From: Bacteroidales bacterium | GTDB lineage: Bacteria > Bacteroidota > Bacteroidia > Bacteroidales > VadinHA17 | Reading direction: 5' to 3' | Assembly (NCBI GenBank): GCA_020353115.1 | Contig: CP070687.1 | Location: 1-28,532, forward strand | DNA length: 28,532 nucleotides | Notes under the pieces: model-generated | The model's database searches: none | What the model saw: the letters and a program-made list of their open reading frames with translations, nothing else | Told to the model about the DNA's origin: nothing | Translations under genes and position numbers: made by a program | Shown: one piece after another, positions 17,093 to 27,032 of the stretch | Numbering within the stretch: the first letter of the stretch is position 1 | Layout: the number at the start of each line of letters is the position of its first letter

Positions 17093-18604
17093 ATGAACAG
17101 GGAAGAATTTATAAATTATTTGAACCATCCGGAATTGCTGGATAAAAAAAGTGTTGCGGAAATGCGGGAATTGCTGCATGAGTTTCCCTATTTTCAAACG
17201 GTCCATCTTCTATTCCTGAAAAATCTTCATTGCCTCGATAATATTAAATTCCCCAGCCAACTGAAAATCTCTGCCGCACATATCACCGACAGGGAAATAC
17301 TATATCACCTGTTGCATAAAAAACCTGTCGGAAAGGCAATGGAAGAACCTGCAGGAGAAACCGTTGAAAAAAAGGCGGAAGCTCCTGAAATACCTGCCGC
17401 TGAATTGCAGGAGGAGAAGAAGGAAAAGATAACGGTGAAAAAGGAGCCTAAAAAGCCGGAACCGGATAAATCAGAAGGAGAAAAGGTCAAACCTGAGGTG
17501 CCTCCTTCAACGGTTACGGAAAGCGAAAAGAAACCTTCTCCCGAAAAAATCCGCGAACCGGAAAAGATAACAGGTAAAGCCGCCGCAGAAGAACCTGCAA
17601 AACATACAAAAGATGAACTGGCCGACCAGATCCTGAAACGACTGGATGAATTGAAAAAGGGAAAAGGAGCTCCAACTACCGAACCTCCCCCGTCCACAAC
17701 CGACAAAACAAAGGAACCGGGAGAAAAGAAAAGCATAGCAGATACAATCCTGGATGAACTTTCCCGAAGCAGGGATAAAACAATCCGGAAACCAGAGGAC
17801 CAGCATCAACCAGAGGAAAAAGAAGCCGTCCGGAAAAAAAAAACCGAAAGACAAATCCCGGGAGAAGTAGAAAACAACAACGAAAATAAATCCAACCCAT
17901 CCATTGAGAATTCAGAGGAAATGCATGAAGCCATTCTGCTGATAGACGAGGAGGAGGAAATCATTCAACGAACACTGACAAAGGAATCGGCCGGAGATAT
18001 ATCGGCAATTCCCGATTCTGAAGAAGAATCCAACCGGACAGGCACTCCTGCTCATCAGAAAGATCTTCTGGATTTTGAATATTCGGAAAAATCGGAGCTA
18101 TCCGGAAAAATAACAGATGATACGGGTCAATCACCTGTTAATACCGCCGGGGAGGATAAGTCCGTTTCAGAAAAAAAAACAGAAGATACCCGGGAAAAAA
18201 AAACGACGGCAGAAAAAGACATAACAGATGAGCTGAGCGGGGAAAGATTTTCATTTGCTGTCTGGCTCGATCTTCTCCAACATCCCGAAGAAAAGATTCC
18301 TTCCGATAATACCGGAGACCGGATGGACTATTCAAATACACAGTTAATCGATAAATTCCTTGAATCGGATCCAAGAATAATCTCCCCCATTGAACCGGAA
18401 GAAGACCAGGAAGATATTTCCCTGAAAAGTGTTACGGAAGATGAAGGTTTTATCACAGATACCCTTGCCCAGATATATGTTAAGCAGGGATATTATTCAA
18501 AGGCCATATTCGCCTATGAAAAATTGAGTTTGAAATTTCCGGAAAAAAGTAGTTATTTTGCGAGTCAGATTCAAAAGATTAAGGAATTAATTAAGAAATT
18601 ATAA
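17093..18604 (+). CDS. Conserved Bacteroidota hypothetical protein (helical/TPR-like termini, long charged low-complexity linker)
   Basis: N-terminal LHEFPYFQTVHLLFLK..AAHITDREILY and C-terminal LIDKFL..P.I..ITDTLAQIYVKQGYYSKAIFAYEKLSLKFPEKSSYFASQI match the gene usually found between lptE and secG. The middle is rich in E/K/P/T. Confidence 0.8.
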   Translation: MNREEFINYLNHPELLDKKSVAEMRELLHEFPYFQTVHLLFLKNLHCLDNIKFPSQLKISAAHITDREILYHLLHKKPVGKAMEEPAGETVEKKAEAPEIPAAELQEEKKEKITVKKEPKKPEPDKSEGEKVKPEVPPSTVTESEKKPSPEKIREPEKITGKAAAEEPAKHTKDELADQILKRLDELKKGKGAPTTEPPPSTTDKTKEPGEKKSIADTILDELSRSRDKTIRKPEDQHQPEEKEAVRKKKTERQIPGEVENNNENKSNPSIENSEEMHEAILLIDEEEEIIQRTLTKESAGDISAIPDSEEESNRTGTPAHQKDLLDFEYSEKSELSGKITDDTGQSPVNTAGEDKSVSEKKTEDTREKKTTAEKDITDELSGERFSFAVWLDLLQHPEEKIPSDNTGDRMDYSNTQLIDKFLESDPRIISPIEPEEDQEDISLKSVTEDEGFITDTLAQIYVKQGYYSKAIFAYEKLSLKFPEKSSYFASQIQKIKELIKKL

Positions 18605-18617
18605 TAAAATACTAAAA

Positions 18618-18959
18618 ATGGGAATCTATACCTTATTCTCAATCCTGGTCTTAATGGCCTGCATTCTGCTGATTCTGATCGTTCTTGTTCAGAACTCAAA
18701 AGGAGGAGGACTGGCTGCAAACTTCTCTTCCTCGACGCAGGTAATGGGCGTTCGAAAGACAGCAGATTTTCTGGAGAAAGCAACCTGGACCCTGGCAATA
18801 AGCTTGCTGGTACTTAGCTTGCTTGCAAGTGCGACAATCCCAAGAGGTGATGAGACAAACCGTTCCCTGATCGAAGATCAGATCGATAACGCCATAGACC
18901 CTACGGCAGTACCTAATTTGCCAACGGCCCTTCCTGAGCCGGATGAAAACACTGAGTAA
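18618..18959 (+). CDS. secG: Preprotein translocase subunit SecG
   Basis: LILIVLVQNSKGGGLAANFSS..GVRKTADFLEKATWTLA, two TM segments. Confidence 0.96.
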   Translation: MGIYTLFSILVLMACILLILIVLVQNSKGGGLAANFSSSTQVMGVRKTADFLEKATWTLAISLLVLSLLASATIPRGDETNRSLIEDQIDNAIDPTAVPNLPTALPEPDENTE

Positions 18960-19001
18960 ACCGGATTCCGGTTATTAATGGTATACACGGTATAAGGAAC
19001 T

Positions 19002-19034
19002 GTGTCAGACTGTCATAAAGCTGACACTTTTTTT
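19002..19034 (+). terminator. Hairpin GTGTCAG/CTGACAC plus T7; intrinsic terminator of the activator-lptE-secG operon, or a TGTCA/TGACA protein-binding site
   Basis: 7-bp inverted repeat 19002-19008/19021-19027 followed by seven T. Confidence 0.5.
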
Positions 19035-19178
19035 ACCTGTTTAATTTGGTTATATTTTAATGATGAGGCCTGATTATCAGCTGATTACTAAATTTCGGGC
19101 TATTGTTGTCCGCAAATTGCTTCTGAAAGGACTGTTATTCTGTCCTTTTATTTGTCATGGAATCCGGAAGAATTTGCT

Positions 19179-19195
19179 TTGGCACAGAATATGAT
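19179..19195 (+). promoter_or_regulatory. Sigma54-like -24/-12 promoter candidate for groESL
   Basis: TTGGCAC-AGAAT-ATGAT against consensus TGGCAC-N5-TTGC. The -24 element is perfect and spacing is correct, but the -12 element is degenerate (GA for GC). It lies ~50 nt before the groES ATG. Confidence 0.4.
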
Positions 19196-19245
19196 AAAAC
19201 CGTACACGAAATATTATCGGATGTTTAACTAAAATTCAAAATAAA

Positions 19246-19524
19246 ATGGCTGACGTAAAAATCAAACCTTTGGCTGACAGGGTACTTGTTGAACCCATGG
19301 AAGCTGAAACCAAAACTGCAAGTGGAATTTATATTCCAGATTCTGCTCAGGAAAAACCTCAGAAAGGGAAAGTAGTGGCAGTTGGTTCCGGAACAAAAGA
19401 AGTTGAAATGGAAGTGAAAAAGGGTGATGTGGTATTATATGGAAAATATTCCGGAAACGAAATAAATGTTGACGGAACGGATTATTTGATAATGCGTCAA
19501 TCCGATATTCTTGCAATCTTGTAA
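19246..19524 (+). CDS. groES: Co-chaperonin GroES
   Basis: [50 protein letters not shown]. Confidence 0.99.
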   Translation: MADVKIKPLADRVLVEPMEAETKTASGIYIPDSAQEKPQKGKVVAVGSGTKEVEMEVKKGDVVLYGKYSGNEINVDGTDYLIMRQSDILAIL

Positions 19525-19551
19525 ATCATTTAATAATTTATAAATCATTAA

Positions 19552-21201
<1,650 letters not shown>

Positions 21202-21224
21202 TCATTACCTTTATATACCTATGC

Positions 21225-21260
21225 AAAACCCCACACGATATGTTTCCTGTGGGGTTTTTT
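21225..21260. terminator. Bidirectional intrinsic terminator between groEL and cstA
   Basis: AAAACCCCACA (21225-21235) / TGTGGGGTTTT (21248-21258), an 11-bp inverted repeat with A and T runs on both sides. Confidence 0.85.
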
Positions 21261-21281
21261 ATTCCGGTTTGCACTTATGCT

Positions 21282-22721
21282 TTATACACTGGCCGGTCTT
21301 TTATAATGTATACTCCCGAAATAATAAAAAACAAATAATGCAAGCAGTGCAAGACCAATTCCTATGGGATACCCAATTTCAGCAGGTATGCCAAATCCTT
21401 CGGGAGCAATCAGCAGGTACGTCATGGTTACTGCCGTCATAAAAACAGAAGGGATAAGAGCCACCCAGTAAAATTTGTTTTCACGGATAAGATATACGGA
21501 AACCGCCCAGAGTACAATGGTCGCCAGGGTCTGGTTCGACCAGGCAAAGTATCTCCAGATAATATCAAAATTGATCTGGGTCAGAAGAAAACCGATAACG
21601 AAAAGAGGTATGCTGACATATAGCCGGTTGATGATTTTTGCCTGTTTCACCTTTAGGAAATCAGAGACTATAAGCCTTGCACTCCGGAATGCCGTATCCC
21701 CGGATGTTATGGGAGCAGCAACCACCCCCAGGATGGCCAGTATCCCCCCAATTTTACCGAGCAGCGTGTTGGAAATCTCGTTCACAGCCCAGGCAGCATT
21801 ATTACTATGCTCATGCATTGCCCCGTTTAATTCACGTACACCTCCGAAAAAACTCATGGCCGCCGCAGCCCAGATCAGGGCCACAATACCCTCGGCAATC
21901 ATTGCCCCGTAAAAGACCCTTCTGCCCAATCTTTCATTCTTTATGCACCTGGCCATGAGGGGAGCCTGAGTGGAATGAAATCCGGAAATCGCACCACATG
22001 CAATCGTAATGAACAAAATCGGGAAAATCGGGAACTTGTCGGCTTCTGCATTCATGTTTATAATGTTTCCCGGTTTAAGCTCAGGAATGGCATAACGATT
22101 CACTATAAGGCTGACCGATATCCCGACAGCCATAAATAAAAGAGCAAGTCCGAATACCGGGTAAATCCTGCCGATAAGCTTATCGATTGGTAAAAGTGTG
22201 GCCATTAAATAATAGGCAAAAATGATCCAGATCCAGATGGTGTCCCCGACAATACCCGATGTAAATCCGGTCAGGATATTTGCCGGTCCCATTATAAATA
22301 CGGCACCGACCAGGACCATCAGGACTACGGTAAATCCCCGCATAAACTGTTTGAATCCGATACCCAGATATTTACCAACTACCTCCGGAATGCTTAATCC
22401 ATTATGTTTCACCGAAAGCATTCCGGAAAAATAATCATGCACGGCACCGGCAAAAATGGAGCCCAGAACGATCCAGAAAAAAGCTACCGGTCCAAACATC
22501 GCTCCAAGTATGGCACCGAAAATAGGTCCGAGTCCTGCAATGTTCAGAAACTGAATCAAAAATACCTTGCCCCATCCCATCGGGACGAAATCAACTCCAT
22601 CTTCCAACCGGAGGGCGGGAGTAGTGCGAGAGGAATCTGCCCCAAATACCTTTTCAATAAACCTGCTGTACAATAAATAACCAAGAATCAAGGCAATGAC
22701 CGATATGAAAAATGTAACCAT
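21282..22721 (-). CDS. cstA: Carbon starvation protein A family (peptide/pyruvate) transporter
   Basis: GVDFVPM, IQFLNIAGLGPIFGAI, IFAGAVHDY, FITIACGAISGFH, APITSGDTAFRSAR, WRYFAWSNQTLA, many TM helices. Start MVTFF at 22721 preferred over 22760. Confidence 0.92.
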   Translation of the reverse strand: MVTFFISVIALILGYLLYSRFIEKVFGADSSRTTPALRLEDGVDFVPMGWGKVFLIQFLNIAGLGPIFGAILGAMFGPVAFFWIVLGSIFAGAVHDYFSGMLSVKHNGLSIPEVVGKYLGIGFKQFMRGFTVVLMVLVGAVFIMGPANILTGFTSGIVGDTIWIWIIFAYYLMATLLPIDKLIGRIYPVFGLALLFMAVGISVSLIVNRYAIPELKPGNIINMNAEADKFPIFPILFITIACGAISGFHSTQAPLMARCIKNERLGRRVFYGAMIAEGIVALIWAAAAMSFFGGVRELNGAMHEHSNNAAWAVNEISNTLLGKIGGILAILGVVAAPITSGDTAFRSARLIVSDFLKVKQAKIINRLYVSIPLFVIGFLLTQINFDIIWRYFAWSNQTLATIVLWAVSVYLIRENKFYWVALIPSVFMTAVTMTYLLIAPEGFGIPAEIGYPIGIGLALLALFVFYYFGSIHYKRPASV

Positions 22722-22935
22722 GATGAAATACCATTTATTCAGAAAAATCCAATATAGCAATTATATTCCTACAGGAAACATCAGATTCTGTATCTTTTTT
22801 ATAAATTAGTGAACCGGCGTATAAAGAACCGTGTGACCTCAGACAAATTATCTGAAATGACAGTCCTCGATCGGATCTATACATATCATACCGGAAGGAA
22901 AATACGAAATAACAAATCCACTTAAAATTTTTAGC

Positions 22936-23385
22936 ATGAAAAAAACGATTTGCATTATGCTGTTTGTTTTTACCGGATCGGCAATTTTTGCCCAGCAGAC
23001 AGAAGCACCCAAACCCGTCGCACCTTACAGCCAGTCTGTAATGACAGAAACCGGGATGCTTTTCGTATCAGGACAGATACCCATTGATCCCGATACGGGT
23101 AAACTCGTTGAAGGGGATATTAAGGAAGCCACCGGACAGGCAATGAAAAACATCGAAGCCATATTGAAAAAAAACGGGATGGATTTTTCAAATGTTGTGA
23201 AATGTACCGTGTTTCTTACTGATATTGGTGATTATGGAGCAATGAACGATGTATATAAGACTTTCTTTAAAGAGGGATTTCCGGCAAGGGAAGCTATCGA
23301 GGTGGTTAACCTGCCACTGGGTGCTATTATAGAAATCTCTGCTATAGCCGCTGAAAAAATAAAAAACAGGCTTACTGTTGAGTAG
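22936..23385 (+). CDS. RidA/YjgF/YER057c/UK114-family protein with N-terminal signal peptide
   Basis: APYSQSV, LFVSGQIPIDP, NIEAIL, VVKCTVFLTDI, MNDVY, FPARE, LPLGAIIEISAIA. Preceded by MKKTICIMLFVFTGSAIFA-QQ. Confidence 0.9.
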   Translation: MKKTICIMLFVFTGSAIFAQQTEAPKPVAPYSQSVMTETGMLFVSGQIPIDPDTGKLVEGDIKEATGQAMKNIEAILKKNGMDFSNVVKCTVFLTDIGDYGAMNDVYKTFFKEGFPAREAIEVVNLPLGAIIEISAIAAEKIKNRLTVE

Positions 23386-23457
23386 ACAGGGGAGTGCTAT
23401 AAATACCTGAATTTCTTAAATGTCTCACGATCGTGTCACTAACCTGACACATCCTCC

Positions 23458-24444
23458 CTAATCGTTTTTCCCCGCGAAATAGTCCATCTCCTGATCCAGG
23501 TTAAGGAACGGATATTTTTCCCTGAGATTGCCGGTAATCTCAAGATGTTTCTTCAGGAACACCATATGTGCTTCCGAACCGGGTTTTATTGGCCTGTGAC
23601 GGTAAGCCGACAGAATGTTACGGACTTCGTTTATGATCTTTCCGGATTCCTCATCAATAAAGGCATTCTCAAATTTTCCCCATATATAATCTGCCGCTAC
23701 CCGGTTCAGGTGGATCATATCTTCTGCATAAAACCTGTAGTCCCTGAGGTCATCCATCACAATTTCATATGCCGGGAAATAGCCTGTTTCAGGGAAATTC
23801 GTTCGGATATGCCGAATGGCGAGATGCAACGTGGCTTTGCTGATCTGGTTCCCCTCGGCACCATCCTTCCAGTGGCGAACAGGACTAACAGTAAAAATGA
23901 TCTTTAAAGCAGGATTAACATTTTTCAGTTCATCAATCAGTTCCGTATAAAGCCCTGCAATCTCCCCCGCTTCAATCAATTCCCGGTGAAATTTCTTAGC
24001 CGGAATCTTATGGCAGTTCGATACCACCTGACCTGTGGCTTTCCATTTATAAATCCAGGCTGTCCCGAATGTAATGAACAGGAAATTTGCCTTCCTGAGG
24101 AACTGTGAAGAGAACCGGATACTGTTGTTTATTGTATCCAGGCATTCTTCAGGATCAGGATCAGAAAAAGCGGTTTGATGATAAAAACTAATCCATTGGC
24201 CTTCAAACTGATGAAGATCATCTCTGGAGAATTCTTTTTCCCGGATAAGAATATCCAGGCTGTTCTTAACGGATACAGGATTATAGATTATTCCGAACGG
24301 ATTGATATCGACGGGAAATTTCAATTCCTTCAGCTTTCCACCAATGGTTTCGCTGAAACAGGAGCCCATAAAGAGTGCCGGTTTCCGGTAGGAGAGCCTG
24401 GAACTATAAGCCGGTATTGAAAATGTGGTGCGAAACTGATTCAT
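23458..24444 (-). CDS. GSCFA-domain protein (SGNH-like)
   Basis: FMGSCFSETIG, NPFGIIYNP, ITFGTAW, VSNCHKIPA, FTVSPVRH, NQISKATL, YFPAYEIVMDDLRDYRFYAEDMIH. Confidence 0.92.
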   Translation of the reverse strand: MNQFRTTFSIPAYSSRLSYRKPALFMGSCFSETIGGKLKELKFPVDINPFGIIYNPVSVKNSLDILIREKEFSRDDLHQFEGQWISFYHQTAFSDPDPEECLDTINNSIRFSSQFLRKANFLFITFGTAWIYKWKATGQVVSNCHKIPAKKFHRELIEAGEIAGLYTELIDELKNVNPALKIIFTVSPVRHWKDGAEGNQISKATLHLAIRHIRTNFPETGYFPAYEIVMDDLRDYRFYAEDMIHLNRVAADYIWGKFENAFIDEESGKIINEVRNILSAYRHRPIKPGSEAHMVFLKKHLEITGNLREKYPFLNLDQEMDYFAGKND

Positions 24445-24512
24445 CTTTCCTTTCGTTTGTAATTTGTCGGTTTAAATTCCGTGACGGATCCGCAAAGTTC
24501 CGATAAAATACC

Positions 24513-25367
24513 TTAAAACTCCCTGAATTCTTCTTTTTCGGTGTAAATCCTGATCCAGTTCATGAGAAACTGGAATACTCTGTTTTGATCCGGATCATTT
24601 CGCAGCTCATGATGCATTCCTTCCCAGATTTTAAGTGTGGTATGCTTTTTCGAATTTTCAGCAAACTCTTTACTGGCGTCATGTGAAGTTATCTTGTCCT
24701 GATCTCCATGCATCAGCAGGAGAGGGAGTTCCAGTTTCCCGGCATTTTCAATTGCCCACTGACCGTTCTCGATAGCACAGTAACCTAAGCGAAGGGAAAT
24801 CCTGTCATGGACAAGCGGATCTTCACAGTATCGCTTTACCACCTCCCCGTCGGCACAAAGATTTTCCGGATTTAATCCTGACGGTTGTATGAGCCCGGGA
24901 AGCAAACGCTTCATAGCTTTCGCAATGAGTAGTTTGACTTCCGGCACCTTCATAGCTAACCTGAGCCATGGTGAAGAGGCTATTATACAGTTGGGTTTCT
25001 CCTGGTATCGCAAAGCATGGTTTATCACGAGGGTGCCTCCGAAACTTTGTCCGAAAAGGACCTGGGGAATGTCCGGGTATCTTTCAAACGTTTTTTGCAC
25101 AAGCAATCCTACATCATCCAGCAGCACTTCATAGGAAGAGCAATGACCTCTTTTCCCCTCTGACCGCCCATGCCCGTAAAGGTCGAAACCCGTAACTGCA
25201 AATCCTTCACCTACAAAGTCTTTAGCCAACCGGTTGAACCGGTTTATATGATCACCCAAGCCGTGAACCAGGCTTACAACAACATTTGGAGGTACCTCAG
25301 GCTCCCAAATCTTTACATACAACCTGTGCCCGTCAGTAGATTTCCACTGAAGTTCCGTTTCCTTCAT
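24513..25367 (-). CDS. Alpha/beta hydrolase, lysophospholipase/monoacylglycerol lipase type
   Basis: VHGLGDHINR, DLYGHGRSEGKRG, nucleophile motif GQSFGG, LMHGDQD, HHELRN. Confidence 0.9.
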   Translation of the reverse strand: MKETELQWKSTDGHRLYVKIWEPEVPPNVVVSLVHGLGDHINRFNRLAKDFVGEGFAVTGFDLYGHGRSEGKRGHCSSYEVLLDDVGLLVQKTFERYPDIPQVLFGQSFGGTLVINHALRYQEKPNCIIASSPWLRLAMKVPEVKLLIAKAMKRLLPGLIQPSGLNPENLCADGEVVKRYCEDPLVHDRISLRLGYCAIENGQWAIENAGKLELPLLLMHGDQDKITSHDASKEFAENSKKHTTLKIWEGMHHELRNDPDQNRVFQFLMNWIRIYTEKEEFREF

Positions 25368-25412
25368 GATGATCCTTTTTTATTGTAAATTTATATATTA
25401 AATGGATAAAAA

Positions 25413-25835
25413 ATGCGTGAGGTAATACAAATAAGTACAGATAGTCGTAACGGATTGTACGACATTACCGGACAGGTCAGGGAAATAATAAGTAAAAGTA
25501 AAATCCCGGAGGGAATTGCAACCGTGTATGTTCAAGGAGCAACTGCTGCGATAATGATCCAGGAGAACTGGGACCAATCGGTCCAGACCGATGTTATAAA
25601 CCTTCTCACCAAACTGATCCCTCCCGGTGTCTGGCTCCATGACCATCAGGACAGCAATGGTGATGCACATCTTAAAGCCGGCATTATCGGTCCGAGTGAA
25701 ACAATTCCTATTATAAATGGTGATCTGGGATTATCCACATGGCAGAATATTTTTCTGTGTGAATTTGATGGTCCCCGAAGCAGAAGAAATATTGTGGTGA
25801 CCGTGCTAAACGCTGAACCAATCTCAGGTGAATAG
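25413..25835 (+). CDS. yjbQ: YjbQ / UPF0047 (secondary thiamine-phosphate synthase-like) protein
   Basis: ATAAIMIQEN, HD..DSNGDAHLKA, LGLSTWQNIFLCEFDGPR. Confidence 0.92.
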   Translation: MREVIQISTDSRNGLYDITGQVREIISKSKIPEGIATVYVQGATAAIMIQENWDQSVQTDVINLLTKLIPPGVWLHDHQDSNGDAHLKAGIIGPSETIPIINGDLGLSTWQNIFLCEFDGPRSRRNIVVTVLNAEPISGE

Positions 25836-25857
25836 CTCTTGCTGCAATTTCCCCCAT

Positions 25858-25880
25858 CCTTTATCGGCGAAAGGTTTTTT
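25858..25880 (+). terminator. Weak intrinsic terminator after yjbQ
   Basis: CCTTT-ATCGGCG-AAAGG followed by six T. Confidence 0.45.
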
Positions 25881-26140
25881 ATTCGAAACAACCTGCAGAA
25901 TGTTGTTCCCGCTCCGGAATTATTGTTAATACTGCTTAATATTTCTAGTTCAACCAATACAAGATCAACCTGTTAATCAAGCTACAAGATTTAATTCCAA
26001 AGGAATTGGCCGAGGTGATCGTGTTACGGAAAAAGGTTACCCTCTTCGATATCCAAAAGAAGTAATAGCCAGGACCTGATCCGACAACCGGAGTATCTCC
26101 TTCCTATTAAAGTGTAAATTAATATAAGAATTAGAAAATA

Positions 26141-26172
26141 TTTGAAAGTTTTTGATATTTTACATACTTTTG
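26141..26172 (+). promoter_or_regulatory. Complete Bacteroidota primary-sigma promoter for the DeoR gene
   Basis: TTTG (26141-26144), 20-nt spacer, TACTTTTG (26165-26172), matching TTTG-N19-21-TAnnTTTG. The ATG follows at 26192. Confidence 0.7.
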
Positions 26173-26191
26173 TTTTAAGAAATCATTCGAC

Positions 26192-26959
26192 ATGGAACTT
26201 CTCGCAAACCAACGCAGGGATCAGATTATCAAGTTGCTCCAGGAAGATGGGGCTGCAAAAGTAAACAAACTTGCGAAACTGTTCAGGGTATCTGAAGTAA
26301 CCATCAGGCAGGATCTTGAAAAACTGGAAGCAGACGGTTTGCTCATCCGCGAGCACGGGGGCGCCTACCTGAAAACAGTGGAAGACCAGGTCAGGAATTT
26401 AACCTTAGCCAATACCGATAATATGGATCTCAAGGCAATCATCGGTAAAAAGGCTGCCTCTTTGATCGAGAACGGGGAAACCATCATCCTGGATTCCGGG
26501 TCGACCACCACTGAAATCGCAAAGAATCTCAAGGGACGAAAGAATCTTACCATTATTACCAATGCCTTGAATATTGGGCTTATGCTGGGCCCGGAACCTG
26601 GTATTGAGGTCATGATAACAGGTGGGGAATTCAAGGCTCCGACCCTTTCCCTTACCGGGCAAAAAGCAGCCGACTTTCTTGAGGACATCCATGTGGACAA
26701 ACTTTTCCTGGCTACGGCAGGAATCTCTTTGAAGTCAGGACTAACCTATCCCAGTATCAGTGACCTTGTGGTGAAAAAAGCCATGATTGATGCTGCCGAA
26801 ATTGTATACCTGGTGGCTGATTCCACCAAGATAGGGAAATCCTCTCTTGCCAGCCTGGGGGCATTGTCCCTGATCAACTACCTGTTAACGGATCCTTTTA
26901 TCAAAGAGGAGGATAAACAAATCTTCCTTTCGCACGAAATTGAATTTATCATAGCTTAA
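26192..26959 (+). CDS. DeoR/GlpR-family transcriptional regulator
   Basis: HTH VSEVTIRQDLEKLE..REHGGA, sensor domain IILDSGSTT, IITNALNI, VADSTKIG. Confidence 0.95.
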   Translation: MELLANQRRDQIIKLLQEDGAAKVNKLAKLFRVSEVTIRQDLEKLEADGLLIREHGGAYLKTVEDQVRNLTLANTDNMDLKAIIGKKAASLIENGETIILDSGSTTTEIAKNLKGRKNLTIITNALNIGLMLGPEPGIEVMITGGEFKAPTLSLTGQKAADFLEDIHVDKLFLATAGISLKSGLTYPSISDLVVKKAMIDAAEIVYLVADSTKIGKSSLASLGALSLINYLLTDPFIKEEDKQIFLSHEIEFIIA

Positions 26960-27032
26960 CGAAAATTATCATATATTTGTTTTTAATTACGATTATATTT
27001 GTATTTTTACGTTTTCAAGCTTCTTGCTCCCC

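Noticed and set aside
17834-18203. Poly-A tracts (A10 at 17834-17843, A9 at 18171-18179 and 18195-18203) as phase-variation sites
   Set aside because: The frame is intact and the tracts encode Lys runs in a Lys-rich linker. There is no evidence of slippage without read data.
18960-19245. CIRCE/HrcA operator upstream of groES
   Set aside because: TTAGCACTC-N9-GAGTGCTAA is absent. A lone GAGTGCTAT at 23392-23400 has no partner arm and is not near a heat-shock gene.
23458-25367. Lysophospholipase-like hydrolase and GSCFA protein as partners of the plsA-like gene
   Set aside because: They are ~16 kb away with many unrelated core genes between, and both are common Bacteroidota genes. No sequence evidence of a link.
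25646-25957. 103-aa minus-strand ORF and the 356-bp spacer between yjbQ and the DeoR gene
   Set aside because: The ORF overlaps yjbQ antisense and has no motif. I found no convincing structure in the spacer beyond a weak terminator and the DeoR promoter.
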